32,000 nt of DNA. Source: an uncultured Actinomycetes bacterium. GTDB lineage: Bacteria; Actinomycetota; Actinomycetes; S36-B12; CAIYMF01. The stretch spans positions 2,370,001-2,402,000 of the forward strand of contig CAWJMG010000003.1 of assembly GCA_963843975.1 (NCBI GenBank), in the 5' to 3' direction. Shown here piece by piece: positions 14,601 through 22,421 of the stretch. The notes under the pieces are model-generated. The model did no database searches, was not told the origin of the DNA, and saw nothing but the letters and a program-made list of their open reading frames with translations. Position numbers and translations under genes: made by a program. Within the stretch, counting starts at the first letter, position 1. Each line of letters begins with the position of its first letter.

Positions 14601-14774
14601 GAGCTGTCCAGCCTCAACAGCGGCGCCGGCGACTCCGAAGGCGTCACCGCCCGTCCGGGTGTCGCGGGCATGTCGCCGGTCGGCTCCGGCGGCCAGCAGG
14701 GCCAGACGGTCACGCGCCCGGTCCAGGCCGCGGACAGCAAGACCAAGAAGAAGAAGGGCTTCTTCGGGCGCTGA
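11664..14774 (+). CDS. DUF4388-domain protein with a ~500-aa ERLEA pentapeptide repeat region, an acidic Pro-rich C-terminal region and a polybasic GFFGR tail
   Basis: ORF 11280..14774(+). The GTG at 11664 follows GGAGGAGG. The N-terminus ([26 protein letters not shown]...[12 protein letters not shown]) resembles DUF4388. High GC3 and a consistent frame continue through the repeat. Confidence 0.85.
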   Translation: MPDGGFTARVDSLLLELASQEATGCLIVTEPQGEQSTVWFRDGYVYAVSVPGRRPLLGVRLMSSGVLTPEALAEALEVQRTELQGWRLGELLVHLGFVDRAVVESFVCEQVRDQVADLLHWQVAEKKFRNGKRTRQDVAPPMEVTELLGAARRRDEQWASIVPFIGGADAVPVLSTAAPAAPDVVLGPYDWALLCKVDGNRTIADLADDCGFTIFEAGMVVVGLLEAALVQIDGGEAEEPSTPWWNEDNPSDADVAASVAKVTAALTDMGMPAAPSPFTAAPLRGSRTTHQPERTSPFSSAPAPQLAEVVSLDAEREARDEVDRIEAERAEADRVEAERIAAEDESARLEAERLEAERLEAERLEAERLEAERIAAEEEAARIEAERLEAERLEAERLEAERLEAERLEAERLEAERIAAEEEAARIEAERLEAERLEAERLEAERLEAERLEAERIAAEEEAARIEAERLEAERLEAERLEAERLEAERLEAERLEAERIAAEEEAARIEAERLEAERLEAERLEAERLEAERLEAERIAAEEEAARIEAERLEAERLEAERLEAERLEAERLEAERLEAERLEAERLEAERLEAERLEAERLEAERLEAERLEAERLEAERLEAERLEAERLEAERLEAERLEAERLEAERLEAERLEAERLEAERLEAERLEAERLEAERLEAERLEAERLEAERLEAERLEAERLEAERLEAERLEAERLEAERIAAEDEAARIEAERLEAERLEAERIAAEEEAARIEAQRLEAERLEAERVEAERLEADRLEAERIAAEEEAARIEAERVEAERLEAERLAAAEAAEQLAREEMARWAAEEAERAAMIEAQATYEREQAEILGRGFAEPVPTLEDSPWGTPATLDAPAAFHPDEELAPAASVSFADVYGGSDFTEVDAPAAYLDLDAPVEPEQLVPEIAEMPEPVTVPAAPRSTPDYSGGFVVSPEIAQPGASEGADMAALLRELSSLNSGAGDSEGVTARPGVAGMSPVGSGGQQGQTVTRPVQAADSKTKKKKGFFGR
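12600..14111 (+). repeat. In-frame 15-bp tandem array (~70 AERLE units) with nine 42-bp punctuation motifs; 28 base-perfect units at 13356-13775
   Basis: Direct reading. GAAGCAGAGCGCCTC is repeated without change from 13356 to 13775. Flanking units differ at synonymous positions. GAGCGCATCGCCGCCGAGGA(A/C)GA.. motifs start at 12675, 12777, 12909, 13026, 13158, 13275, 13842, 13914 and 14031. Confidence 0.97.
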
Positions 14775-14820
14775 GGACCGCGACGCCTGACCGCTTCGAC
14801 GTCCCTGGCACGATCAGCGC

Positions 14821-15291
14821 GTGAGAGCGATCGTGCAGCGCGCCGCCGGCGCATCGGTGACCGTCGACGGCGTCACCATCTCCTCGTTCGAAGGCCCGGG
14901 GCTGCTCGTGCTCGTCGGGGTCACGCACGACGACAACCCGTCCCGCGCCGCCCGACTGGCGGCCAAGGTGCACGAGCTGCGCATCTTCGACCCCGAGCAC
15001 GCATCTGGTGACGTGCCCGACGGCCGCCGTGAGCTGTCGGCGTCCGAGCTCGGGCTCCCGGTGATCGTCGTCAGCCAGTTCACGCTCTACGGCGACACGC
15101 GCAAAGGACGGCGGCCGACCTGGACGGCGGCCGCGCCCGGGCCGGTGGCCGAGCCGCTCGTGGCGGCCGTGGTCGACGAGCTGCGCGCCCGCGGCGCGAC
15201 GGTGGGCACCGGGGTCTTCGGCGCCGACATGAAGGTGGCGCTCGTGAACGACGGCCCGATCACCCTCGTGATCGACGTCGACTCCGACTGA
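14821..15291 (+). CDS. dtd: D-aminoacyl-tRNA deacylase
   Basis: 156-aa ORF with a GTG start. Starts MRAIVQR and contains the SQFTLYGD and NDGPITL motifs. Confidence 0.94.
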   Translation: MRAIVQRAAGASVTVDGVTISSFEGPGLLVLVGVTHDDNPSRAARLAAKVHELRIFDPEHASGDVPDGRRELSASELGLPVIVVSQFTLYGDTRKGRRPTWTAAAPGPVAEPLVAAVVDELRARGATVGTGVFGADMKVALVNDGPITLVIDVDSD

Positions 15292-15308
15292 CCCACGCTC
15301 AGCGCGCG

Positions 15309-16208
15309 CTACGGCAGGGTGGGGACGAAGTCCTTGAGCCAGGCGGAGAACTCGGGGCCGAGGTCCTCGCGCTCGACGGCGAGACGCACGACCGCCTGGA
15401 GGTACGACTGGCGGTCGCCGGTGTCGTAGCGACGCCCCCGGAAGACGACGCCGGTGACGCCGCCGCCGATGGCGGCCGGCGTGTCAGCAGCCAGGACGCG
15501 CAGCGCATCGGTCAGCTGGATCTCGCCGCCCCGGCCCGGCTCGGTGCGCTCGAGGATGTCGAACACGTGCGGGTCCAGCACGTAGCGGCCGATCACGGCG
15601 TAGAGGCTCGGTGCCTCGTCGGTCGCCGGCTTCTCCACGAGGTCGGTGATGCGCACGACGTCGGGGTCGTCGCCGATCGCCTCGATGGCGGCGCAGCCGT
15701 ACAGGTGGATCTGCGAGCGCGGCACCTCCATGAGGGCGACGACGCTGCCGCCGTGCTGCTCGCGGAGCTCGACCATCCGCGTCAGCAGCGGGTCGCGGGG
15801 GTCGATGAGGTCGTCGCCGAGCAGGACGGCGAAGGGCTCCTTGCCGACGTGGCGGGCCGCGCACAGCACCGCGTGGCCGAGGCCTCGGGGCTCGCCCTGC
15901 CGCACGTAGTGGACCGTCGCCATGTCGGTGCTGCGGCGCACGAGCGCGAGCTTCTCGTCGTCGCCCTTGGCCTCGAGGGTCGTCTCGAGCTCGGCCGCAC
16001 GGTCGAAGTGGTCCTCGAGCGCGCGCTTGCTGCGGCCTGTGACCATCAGGACGTCCGTGAGGCCGGCGCTCGCCGCCTCCTGCACGACGAGCTCGATGGC
16101 AGGGGTGTCGACGACGGGGAGCATCTCCTTGGGCGTCGCCTTGGTCGCCGGCAGGAACCGGGTGCCGAGGCCAGCAGCGGGGATGACCGCCTTCGTCACG
16201 TGCGCCAT
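15309..16208 (-). CDS. galU: UTP--glucose-1-phosphate uridylyltransferase
   Basis: ORF 15309..16265(-). The ATG at 16208 follows GGGAGGA. Motifs are KAVIPAAGLGTRFLPATKATPKEMLPV and RGLGHAV. Confidence 0.94.
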   Translation of the reverse strand: MAHVTKAVIPAAGLGTRFLPATKATPKEMLPVVDTPAIELVVQEAASAGLTDVLMVTGRSKRALEDHFDRAAELETTLEAKGDDEKLALVRRSTDMATVHYVRQGEPRGLGHAVLCAARHVGKEPFAVLLGDDLIDPRDPLLTRMVELREQHGGSVVALMEVPRSQIHLYGCAAIEAIGDDPDVVRITDLVEKPATDEAPSLYAVIGRYVLDPHVFDILERTEPGRGGEIQLTDALRVLAADTPAAIGGGVTGVVFRGRRYDTGDRQSYLQAVVRLAVEREDLGPEFSAWLKDFVPTLP

Positions 16209-16401
16209 CGTGATTCCTCCCGAACTCCGGCCGCGCGATCGCGACCCGGACCCACAGCATGCCAAAGTCCGCGTTCCACGGGCGTTTCCGACCTGTGACG
16301 GTTGCCACGGATGGACGAGCAGGCTGTCACCACCGCACGGGCGGGGCAGCGGCCGACGACGTCGTGATCACGCTCCCACGGATCCTTCCCGCGTAGTTGC
16401 A

Positions 16402-16419
16402 GCCGCAACGCCTTGCGGC
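16402..16419 (-). terminator. Weak hairpin downstream of ygfZ
   Basis: gccgcaa-cgcc-ttgcggc forms a 7-bp stem with a 4-nt loop, ~45 nt after the ygfZ stop. No U-tract follows. Confidence 0.3.
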
Positions 16420-16462
16420 GCAGGGAATCCCGACCGCGACCGCGACCGGCCCTCACGAGCGG

Positions 16463-17503
16463 TCAGGCGGTGACGACAGTCTCTTGCGACGCCGACACCG
16501 CGCCGGCCTCGAGCGGCCCGACGACGAGCTCGGCGTCCAACGGGACCGAGCGCTTCACGACGGCGAGCGCGACCGGGCCGAGCTCGTGGTGCAGCGCCAC
16601 CGACGTGACGCGGCCTACCTCGCGGCCATCGGCGAGCACCGGGTCTCCGGGCGCCGGCGTGCGCGGGGCACTGCCGTCGAGGTGCAGCTGGACGAGACGC
16701 CGCGGCGGCCGCCCGAGGTTGTGCACGCGCGCCACCGTCTCCTGGCCCCGGTAGCAGCCCTTCTGCAGGTGCACCGCCGAGGGCACCCAGCCGAGCTCCT
16801 GCGGGATCGTGCGGTGGTCGGTGTCGAGCCCGAAGCGCGGCACGCCGGCAGCCACGCGCAGGGCCTCCCACGCCCAGGTGCCCGCGCCGCGTCGTCCCTC
16901 GACGTATCCGAGCAGCTCGGCGCGCGGCACCAGCACCTCGCGGCCGACGAGGACGTCGGGGCGCAGCGGCACGTACTTCTCCGATGCGGCGTCCCCTGCG
17001 ACGAGCACGCCGAACTCGCGCGGGATCACGTACGTCGGGAGGGTCTCGTGGACCGCGGCGACCGGCTCCGCGACGACGGCGTACTCGTCGGTGCGGTCGG
17101 CGACCTCGACGCGCAGCATGAAGCGCATCCGGTCGAGGTAGGACACGAGCGGCTCGGTCGACGACCGCTCGACCGTGATCCACGTGGTGGTGCCGTCGTC
17201 GACGAGGTGCATCTCGTGCTCGACGTGGCCGTGGGGGTCGAGGACCAGGTCGAGCGCGGAGCCGCCGGCTGTTAGCGACTCGACGTGCTGCGTGGTCAGG
17301 GAGTGCAGCCAGGTGAGGCGGTCGGGCCCGGTGACCGAGATGACGCCGCGGTGCGACAGGTCGACCCAGCCCTCGCCCGAGGCGAGCAGTCGCTGCTCGC
17401 CGTGGGGATCGCCGTAGTGCCACGGGACGCCGGAGTCCGGCGACCCCTCGGGCGCGGGGCACGCGCCGGGGAGGTCGAGCAGCGGACTGCTGTAGGTGGT
17501 CAC
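16463..17503 (-). CDS. ygfZ: Folate-binding protein YgfZ (GcvT-like aminomethyltransferase fold)
   Basis: ORF 16463..17620(-). I prefer the GTG at 17503 (VTTYSSPLL..). Motifs are DLSHRGVISVTGPDRLTWL and the K-G-C-Y-x-G-Q-E signature (LQKGCYRGQETVAR). Confidence 0.85.
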   Translation of the reverse strand: MTTYSSPLLDLPGACPAPEGSPDSGVPWHYGDPHGEQRLLASGEGWVDLSHRGVISVTGPDRLTWLHSLTTQHVESLTAGGSALDLVLDPHGHVEHEMHLVDDGTTTWITVERSSTEPLVSYLDRMRFMLRVEVADRTDEYAVVAEPVAAVHETLPTYVIPREFGVLVAGDAASEKYVPLRPDVLVGREVLVPRAELLGYVEGRRGAGTWAWEALRVAAGVPRFGLDTDHRTIPQELGWVPSAVHLQKGCYRGQETVARVHNLGRPPRRLVQLHLDGSAPRTPAPGDPVLADGREVGRVTSVALHHELGPVALAVVKRSVPLDAELVVGPLEAGAVSASQETVVTA

Positions 17504-17561
17504 ATGGACCCCAACGACCGGCTCCGCCGGATCCTTCCCCGCGCCGCGATCGCCCGGGGCA

Positions 17562-17996
17562 TCACGCCGTTCCGACGCCCTTGGCGCTGCAGTCGCCGCA
17601 GATGCCGTGCAGGGCGACATGGCTGATGTCGGTGACGAAGCCCGTCGAGCGGCGCAGCTCGTCCAGGAAGTCCTCGGCGATGGACGCGCCGATGCTCTGC
17701 ACCGCGCCGCAGGTGTCGCAGACGAGGTGGATGTGCACGTGGTCGTCGACCGCGTGGTACGTCGGGGCCCCGTGCCCGATGTGCGCGTGGGTGACGAGGT
17801 TGACCTCCTCGAGGACCTCGAGGTTGCGGTAGATCGTCGACAGGTTCACGCCGGACGCCGTGCGCTGCACCTCGGCGAGGATCTCCTCGGGCGTGCCGTG
17901 GCGCAGCCGCTCCACCGCCTCGAGGACGAGCTGGCGCTGCGGCGTGATCCGGTAGCCGCCGCGGCGGAGCCTCTGCTCCCACTCCGTCGACTGCAT
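17562..17996 (-). CDS. Fur-family transcriptional regulator
   Basis: C-terminal 144 aa of ORF 17562..18713(-). Contains RITPQRQLVLEAV, HxH motifs and the CDTC...CGDC pairs. Its ATG overlaps the upstream stop as ATGA. Confidence 0.9.
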   Translation of the reverse strand: MQSTEWEQRLRRGGYRITPQRQLVLEAVERLRHGTPEEILAEVQRTASGVNLSTIYRNLEVLEEVNLVTHAHIGHGAPTYHAVDDHVHIHLVCDTCGAVQSIGASIAEDFLDELRRSTGFVTDISHVALHGICGDCSAKGVGTA

Positions 17997-18547
17997 CAGT
18001 CCGTCACCCGCTTCAGCCGCGCCGACAGGTGGTTGGTGAGCGGGACCCCGACGGCCGCCATGTCGTAGGTCCAGAGCAGGTCGCCCTCGCGCAGGCCGTA
18101 GAGCCGCGAGCCGCCCGTCAGCTCCTTGGCCGACTCCGTGCGCGCCACGACGTCCGTGTGCAGCTCGGCGTGGGCACCGGTGATGACGGCGGTCTCGATC
18201 GAGTCGACCACCACCTTCCCGACCCACACCTCGGCGAATCCCGTCGGGTGCGCCAGCAGCATCTCGACGCCGTTGTCCGGGCGGGGGCGCAGGAAGCCGG
18301 CCTCGGTGGCGCGCGGCCGGACGCGGTTGCCGTCGTCGTCCAGCTCCCAGGTGCGGCTCCAGTACGACAGGAACGGCCGACCGTCGGTGGCGAACGTGGC
18401 CTCCTGCCCGAACCGGAAGTCCGCGATGGTGGGGTACTGCCCGAGGCCGACGCCCACCCACGAGCCGATGAGCCACGACAGGTGCGCGAGCTCGATCGGG
18501 TAGCCGAGGTCCGGCAGCGCGCCGGAGTCGTCGGACGGCGTGGTCAT
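17996..18547 (-). CDS. FABP-family protein (DUF1794 / nitrobindin-like beta-barrel)
   Basis: 183-aa ORF with LAHLSWLIGSWVGVGLGQYPT.. and the THLSARLKR-like C-terminus typical of actinobacterial nitrobindin homologues. Confidence 0.82.
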   Translation of the reverse strand: MTTPSDDSGALPDLGYPIELAHLSWLIGSWVGVGLGQYPTIADFRFGQEATFATDGRPFLSYWSRTWELDDDGNRVRPRATEAGFLRPRPDNGVEMLLAHPTGFAEVWVGKVVVDSIETAVITGAHAELHTDVVARTESAKELTGGSRLYGLREGDLLWTYDMAAVGVPLTNHLSARLKRVTD

Positions 18548-18571
18548 CGCGGGCCTCTCGATCGGGCGGGG

Positions 18572-18652
18572 TCAGCCGCGGTAGAGGCGGACGACGACCG
18601 TGCCGGCAACGCCGACGACGGCGACGATGACCACCAGCAGCAGCACGGTCAT
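18572..18652 (-). CDS. Possible 26-aa hydrophobic micropeptide (MTVLLLVVIVAVVGVAGTVVVRLYRG)
   Basis: ATG at 18652 with GGTGGAG upstream. A single TM-like segment ends 24 nt before the FABP-family start. The only support is the ORF/RBS geometry. Confidence 0.3.
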   Translation of the reverse strand: MTVLLLVVIVAVVGVAGTVVVRLYRG

Positions 18653-18763
18653 GACGGTCTCCACCACCTGCGCATGGTATCCGCGCGGGATCCGACGGCC
18701 CCGGAGGCGGCACCGCCGCGCCGTCCGCCGGTTACCGTGGGGCAGGACCCCGAGGAGGCAGCG

Positions 18764-19126
18764 ATGGCACGTCGTCTGGTCGTGAAGGTGACCTGCGGTG
18801 CCGAGGCACCCGAGCGGGTCTCGCAGGCGCTGACCGTGGCGGCGACCGCTGTCGCGTCGGGCGTGGAGACGTCGCTGTGGCTGACGGGCGACGCCGTCTG
18901 GCTCGGTGTGACCGGTCGCGTCCCCGACCTCGGGCTCGAGCACTCCACCCCGCTCGACGACCTTGTCGACGCCGTGCTCGCAGGCGGGCAGGTGACGGTC
19001 TGCACGCAGTGCGCCGTCCGCCGCGACATCGTCGGGGCAGACCTCGCCCCCGGCGCCCGCATCGCCGGCGCGGCGACGTTCCTGCAGGAAGCGCTAGCCG
19101 ACGACGTCCAGGCCCTCGTCTACTGA
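18764..19126 (+). CDS. DsrE/DsrF-like family protein
   Basis: C-terminal 120 aa of ORF 18029..19126(+). The ATG at 18764 follows GAGGAGG. Contains MARRLVVKVTCGAE...TVCTQCAVRR, typical of DsrE-like sulfur-relay-fold proteins. Confidence 0.78.
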   Translation: MARRLVVKVTCGAEAPERVSQALTVAATAVASGVETSLWLTGDAVWLGVTGRVPDLGLEHSTPLDDLVDAVLAGGQVTVCTQCAVRRDIVGADLAPGARIAGAATFLQEALADDVQALVY

Positions 19127-19248
19127 CCTGTGGCGCGCCGGTGTCGCCAGGGTGACACTGGCGGGGGCGAAGGACGGGGGTCCGGCTGCCGACAACCACT
19201 GGGTAGACATCGGGTGGGGCCCGGACACCGGGTCGGGGAGTGGTCGTG

Positions 19249-19764
19249 ATGAGCATGAGGCGGAACGGACGTCGACAGCGGCCGGTCGTCGTCGAGACCG
19301 GGCCGTGGGGCGTGCATGCCCGTGAGGCCACCTGGCGCGAGCGGATCCTCGCGCGGCTGCTCAGCGGGCGGCTCGACCGCCAGCTCGCCTCCGGCCGCAG
19401 CCCCGAGTCGCACCCGCTGCTGTCGCTGCGCGCTCAGCGCCTCGCCCGGCCCTCGACGCGCGCGGCCCTCGCTGCCGCCATCGGCCGCGTGCTCCGGGAG
19501 GCGCGGTCCGGGGCACGCCGTACGCCGCCCCCGCTCGCCGACCTGGCCGCCGTCCGCGAGGTCGAGCGCGACCTGGTGGGCCTCGTCGACCATCTGGTCG
19601 CGCCGGTTCCGGTCTCCGCTCGCGGTGTCGCGCTGGTGCACGAGATGCTCGTCGACGGAGGCGGCCCGCTCTACCTGCGGCACTCGCCGCGCGACCTCAG
19701 CGAGATGATCCGCACCGCGACGCTGGCACTGGACCCCACGTCCGACTGGCCCACTGCCGCCTGA
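19249..19764 (+). CDS. Hypothetical protein (Arg/Leu-rich, helical)
   Basis: ORF 19240..19764(+). The ATG at 19249 lies 8 nt after GGGGAG. High GC3, and a strong terminator follows. No family recognised. Confidence 0.55.
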   Translation: MSMRRNGRRQRPVVVETGPWGVHAREATWRERILARLLSGRLDRQLASGRSPESHPLLSLRAQRLARPSTRAALAAAIGRVLREARSGARRTPPPLADLAAVREVERDLVGLVDHLVAPVPVSARGVALVHEMLVDGGGPLYLRHSPRDLSEMIRTATLALDPTSDWPTAA

Positions 19765-19787
19765 GGCGCGGGCCTCCCCCGACGTAA

Positions 19788-19823
19788 GAACGGCCGCGGA
19801 TCCCGAGGGATCCACGGCCGTTC
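19788..19823. terminator. Bidirectional hairpin terminator
   Basis: gaacggccgcggatccc (19788-19804) pairs with gggatccacggccgttc (19807-19823), giving 17 bp with one mismatch. It lies between convergent genes. Confidence 0.7.
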
Positions 19824-19868
19824 CGACCCTCACCGGCGGGAGCCGGGGAGGCTGAGGGGTGAGGCAGG

Positions 19869-20501
19869 TCAGACGTTCGGCTGCGGGGTCCAGCGCAGGT
19901 ACGGCTTGACCTCCTCCACCTCGCCGAACTTCGCCTTGGCGTCCTCGGTCGAGATGGTCGGCGCGACGATGACGCGCGAGCCCGGCGTCCAGTCGACCGG
20001 CGTCGAGACGGTGGCCTTGTCGGTGAGCTGGAGCGCGTCGATGACGCGGACGATCTCGTCGAAGTTGCGGCCGACCGACTTCGGGTAGGTCAGCGTCAGT
20101 CGGACCTTGTTGTTCGGGTCGATGATGAAGACCGAACGGACGGTCGAGGTGTCGCCCTCGCCCGGGTGGATCATGTCGTAGGCCAGCGAGACCTCACGGC
20201 TCTCGTCGCCGATGATCGGGAAGTTGAGCTCGGAGCCGCTGACGTCCTTGATGTCGCCGGCCCACGCGTTGTGGCTCTCGACGCCGTCGACCGAGACCGC
20301 GATGGCCTTGACGTTGCGCTTGTCGAACTCGCCCTTGAGCGAGGCGGTGCGGCCGAGCTCGGTGGTGCAGACCGGGGTGAAGTCGGCCGGGTGGCTGAAC
20401 AGGACGGCCCAGCTGCCGGACTTCCAGTCGTGGAAGGTGATCGGGCCGGCGGTGGTGTCGGCGCTGAAGTCAGGGGCGACGTCGCCGAGGCGGATGGACA
20501 T
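19869..20501 (-). CDS. 1-Cys peroxiredoxin (Prx6 subfamily)
   Basis: 210-aa ORF with LFSHPADFTPVCTTEL, the peroxidatic Cys motif. The length and C-terminal domain fit the 1-Cys Prx6 type. Confidence 0.93.
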   Translation of the reverse strand: MSIRLGDVAPDFSADTTAGPITFHDWKSGSWAVLFSHPADFTPVCTTELGRTASLKGEFDKRNVKAIAVSVDGVESHNAWAGDIKDVSGSELNFPIIGDESREVSLAYDMIHPGEGDTSTVRSVFIIDPNNKVRLTLTYPKSVGRNFDEIVRVIDALQLTDKATVSTPVDWTPGSRVIVAPTISTEDAKAKFGEVEEVKPYLRWTPQPNV

Positions 20502-20564
20502 GCGGTGTTCTCCTGTCGGTTGGGTGGTGCGGTGAGGGTCGGGAAAGGAAGCGTGTGCGTCGCG

Positions 20565-20810
20565 TCAGATCGCGACGTGGATCTCCGAGACCTGGTCCTG
20601 CTCGGCCGCGACGGCGCGGTCGACGGTGGCGCCGGGCGCGAGGGTGCGCAGGGTCCAGTCGCCGGGAGCCGCGAAGAAGCGGAAGGTGCCGGTCTTGCTC
20701 GTGGGCACCTCGGCCGCGAGCCGCCCACCTGCGAGCAGGCGGACGTACGCGCCGCCCAGCGGGCGGCCGGCGGAGGTGACGGTGCCCTGGATGACGGCCT
20801 GCGGAGCCAT
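20565..20810 (-). CDS. DUF1416-domain protein (SseC-like)
   Basis: C-terminal 81 aa of ORF 20565..21719(-), with the ATG at 20810. Starts MAPQAVIQGTV and contains GTFRFFAAPGDWTLR. Confidence 0.82.
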   Translation of the reverse strand: MAPQAVIQGTVTSAGRPLGGAYVRLLAGGRLAAEVPTSKTGTFRFFAAPGDWTLRTLAPGATVDRAVAAEQDQVSEIHVAI

Positions 20811-20902
20811 GGTGCGCCCTTCGCGTACGAGGTGAGGTGCGGGACGCCCCGAGGAGGGGCGGACGTGCGACCGGACGGTGCGGCGGTCGCGCGGGAGAGA
20901 GG

Positions 20903-21379
20903 TCAGGCGGCGGCGCGCGAGCCGAGCACGCGCTTGCCGAGCAGGTACATCTCGCAGCCGAGGCAGTAGTCGAACGCCGCGTTGAGGAACGCTGCAGCGA
21001 GGGCGAACCCGACGGCGACGTACGCCACGACCGTGACGCCCGTGAACAGCCCGATGAGCCCGACGACGGCGAACGCCAGACCGACGGTCTGCGCGAAGCG
21101 CGGCGGGGCGACGTCCTCGAACTTCGTGGGGGCGGCCAGGCGCGGGCGCACGACGGTGCGGAACAGCACGCCGTACGGCTGCGCGTGCAGGCCGACCAGG
21201 GAGCCGAGCGCGAACGCCACGGTCTGGATCGAGAGCAGCACCACCGAGAGCGTGGAGTCGATCGTCACGAGCGTGGAGGCGAGCACCACGACGGTGATCG
21301 CGGCGGCGAAGCGCGGACCGCGCGCGTCGATCTGACGGGGTCGGGCGACAGGCTGGGTGCGGGAGTCGAGCGTGGTCAC
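20903..21379 (-). CDS. DUF4395-domain membrane protein with C-terminal CxxC
   Basis: ORF 20903..21574(-). The GTG at 21379 follows AGGAG. Contains ARGPRFAAAIT, PPRFAQTVGL and NAAFDYCLGCEMYLL. Confidence 0.78.
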   Translation of the reverse strand: MTTLDSRTQPVARPRQIDARGPRFAAAITVVVLASTLVTIDSTLSVVLLSIQTVAFALGSLVGLHAQPYGVLFRTVVRPRLAAPTKFEDVAPPRFAQTVGLAFAVVGLIGLFTGVTVVAYVAVGFALAAAFLNAAFDYCLGCEMYLLGKRVLGSRAAA

Positions 21380-21616
21380 GGGAGTCTCCTGGGGAAGCGG
21401 CACGGGGGCGGCGTTCGACCGGATCTCCAGGGGCACGACCTGTGCCCGGGGTGTCCGGCTCAGGAGGCGCGACAGATGCAGGAGCCGACGCGGCAGAAGT
21501 CCACTGCGCGTCGCTTGGTGAGAACCACCGTCTGCATGGTTCCGAGGATAGGCATACGTCCACGAGTTGGACATCCGGTGCCGGATCGTGAGACTCCTGC
21601 ACCCCCGCCGGAGGAC

Positions 21617-21633
21617 TTGCGAACGGTTCGCAA
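21617..21633. promoter_or_regulatory. Palindrome TTGCGAAC-G-GTTCGCAA between the thioredoxin-like gene and DUF4395
   Basis: Perfect 8+8 dyad, 13 nt downstream of the stop at 21646. It sits at the top of a 265-bp non-coding leader. Confidence 0.35.
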
Positions 21634-21645
21634 CAAGACGGGCAC

Positions 21646-22119
21646 CTAGAGGAACGTGCCGAGAGCGGCGACGACGTCGGCCTTGCGCGGGGCTCCGGCG
21701 GCGCGGACGCGGACGGCACCGGTCGCGTCCAGGACCAGCACGGTCGGGGTGCGGCGGACGTCCATCCGGCGCACGAGGTCGAGGTGCTCCTCGGCGTCGA
21801 TCTCGACGTGCGCGACGCCGTCCACCTGGCCGGCGACCTCGTCGAGGATCACACGGGTCGTGCGGCAGGGGGCGCAGAACGCGCTCGAGAACTGCACGAG
21901 CGTGGCCCGCTCGCCGAGGTCGGTGCCGAGGTCGGCCGGGTCGAGCCGGTCGCCCTCGTGCGCGTGACCGCCCCCGAGCGGTGCGCCGGGCACCTTCTGC
22001 GAGTCGCGGGCGTCCGCCGGGATCTCGACCTCGCGCATGGCGCCATCGGTACGTCGGCGGTAGAGGCCGAACGCCGAGGCGAGCACCAGCACGCCGAGCA
22101 CCACGAGAAGACCGGTCAC
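21646..22119 (-). CDS. Membrane-anchored thioredoxin-like protein (ThiX / TlpA-like)
   Basis: C-terminal 157 aa of ORF 21646..22467(-). The GTG at 22119 overlaps the upstream stop as GTGA. It has an N-terminal TM segment (LLVVLGVLVLASAFGLY) and the FCAPC active-site motif. Confidence 0.8.
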   Translation of the reverse strand: MTGLLVVLGVLVLASAFGLYRRRTDGAMREVEIPADARDSQKVPGAPLGGGHAHEGDRLDPADLGTDLGERATLVQFSSAFCAPCRTTRVILDEVAGQVDGVAHVEIDAEEHLDLVRRMDVRRTPTVLVLDATGAVRVRAAGAPRKADVVAALGTFL

Positions 22120-22421
22120 GTGCGCCTCAACGTCGGGACAGCCGCGCTGTGTTCCATGCAGTCCCCGCTGCCTCCGGCGAACGGCGGCAGGACGTCGACC
22201 ACCGCGCCGTCTGCGACGACCACGTCGGCGTGCGCGGACCTGCCCGGGCTCACCTCGTCGACGAGGTACGAGCACCGGGCCAGGACTGTCGCGAGCTCCT
22301 CGCCGTGCGCAGCGCGTACGACGTCGAGCAGCGACGCGAGCGTGCCGGCGGCATCGAGGGACTCCTCGGGCACGCCCGCCGCCGCCTTGGCCGCTGCCCA
22401 GTAGCGGATCGTGACGCTCAC
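22116..22421 (-). CDS. MoaD/ThiS-family sulfur-carrier-like protein with a 17-aa extension after the Gly-Gly
   Basis: C-terminal 101 aa of ORF 22116..22985(-). The GTG at 22421 follows GGAGGAG. Starts VTIRYWAAAKAAAGV, contains DGAVVDVLPPFAGG, and ends with SGDCMEHSAAVPTLRRT. Confidence 0.78.
   Translation of the reverse strand: MSVTIRYWAAAKAAAGVPEESLDAAGTLASLLDVVRAAHGEELATVLARCSYLVDEVSPGRSAHADVVVADGAVVDVLPPFAGGSGDCMEHSAAVPTLRRT

Noticed and set aside
21380-21645. SAM-IV or another sulfur-related riboswitch upstream of DUF4395.
   Set aside because: I could not find the conserved core strings I remember for SAM-IV. Only generic hairpins are present. It is kept as a low-interest structured-leader observation instead.
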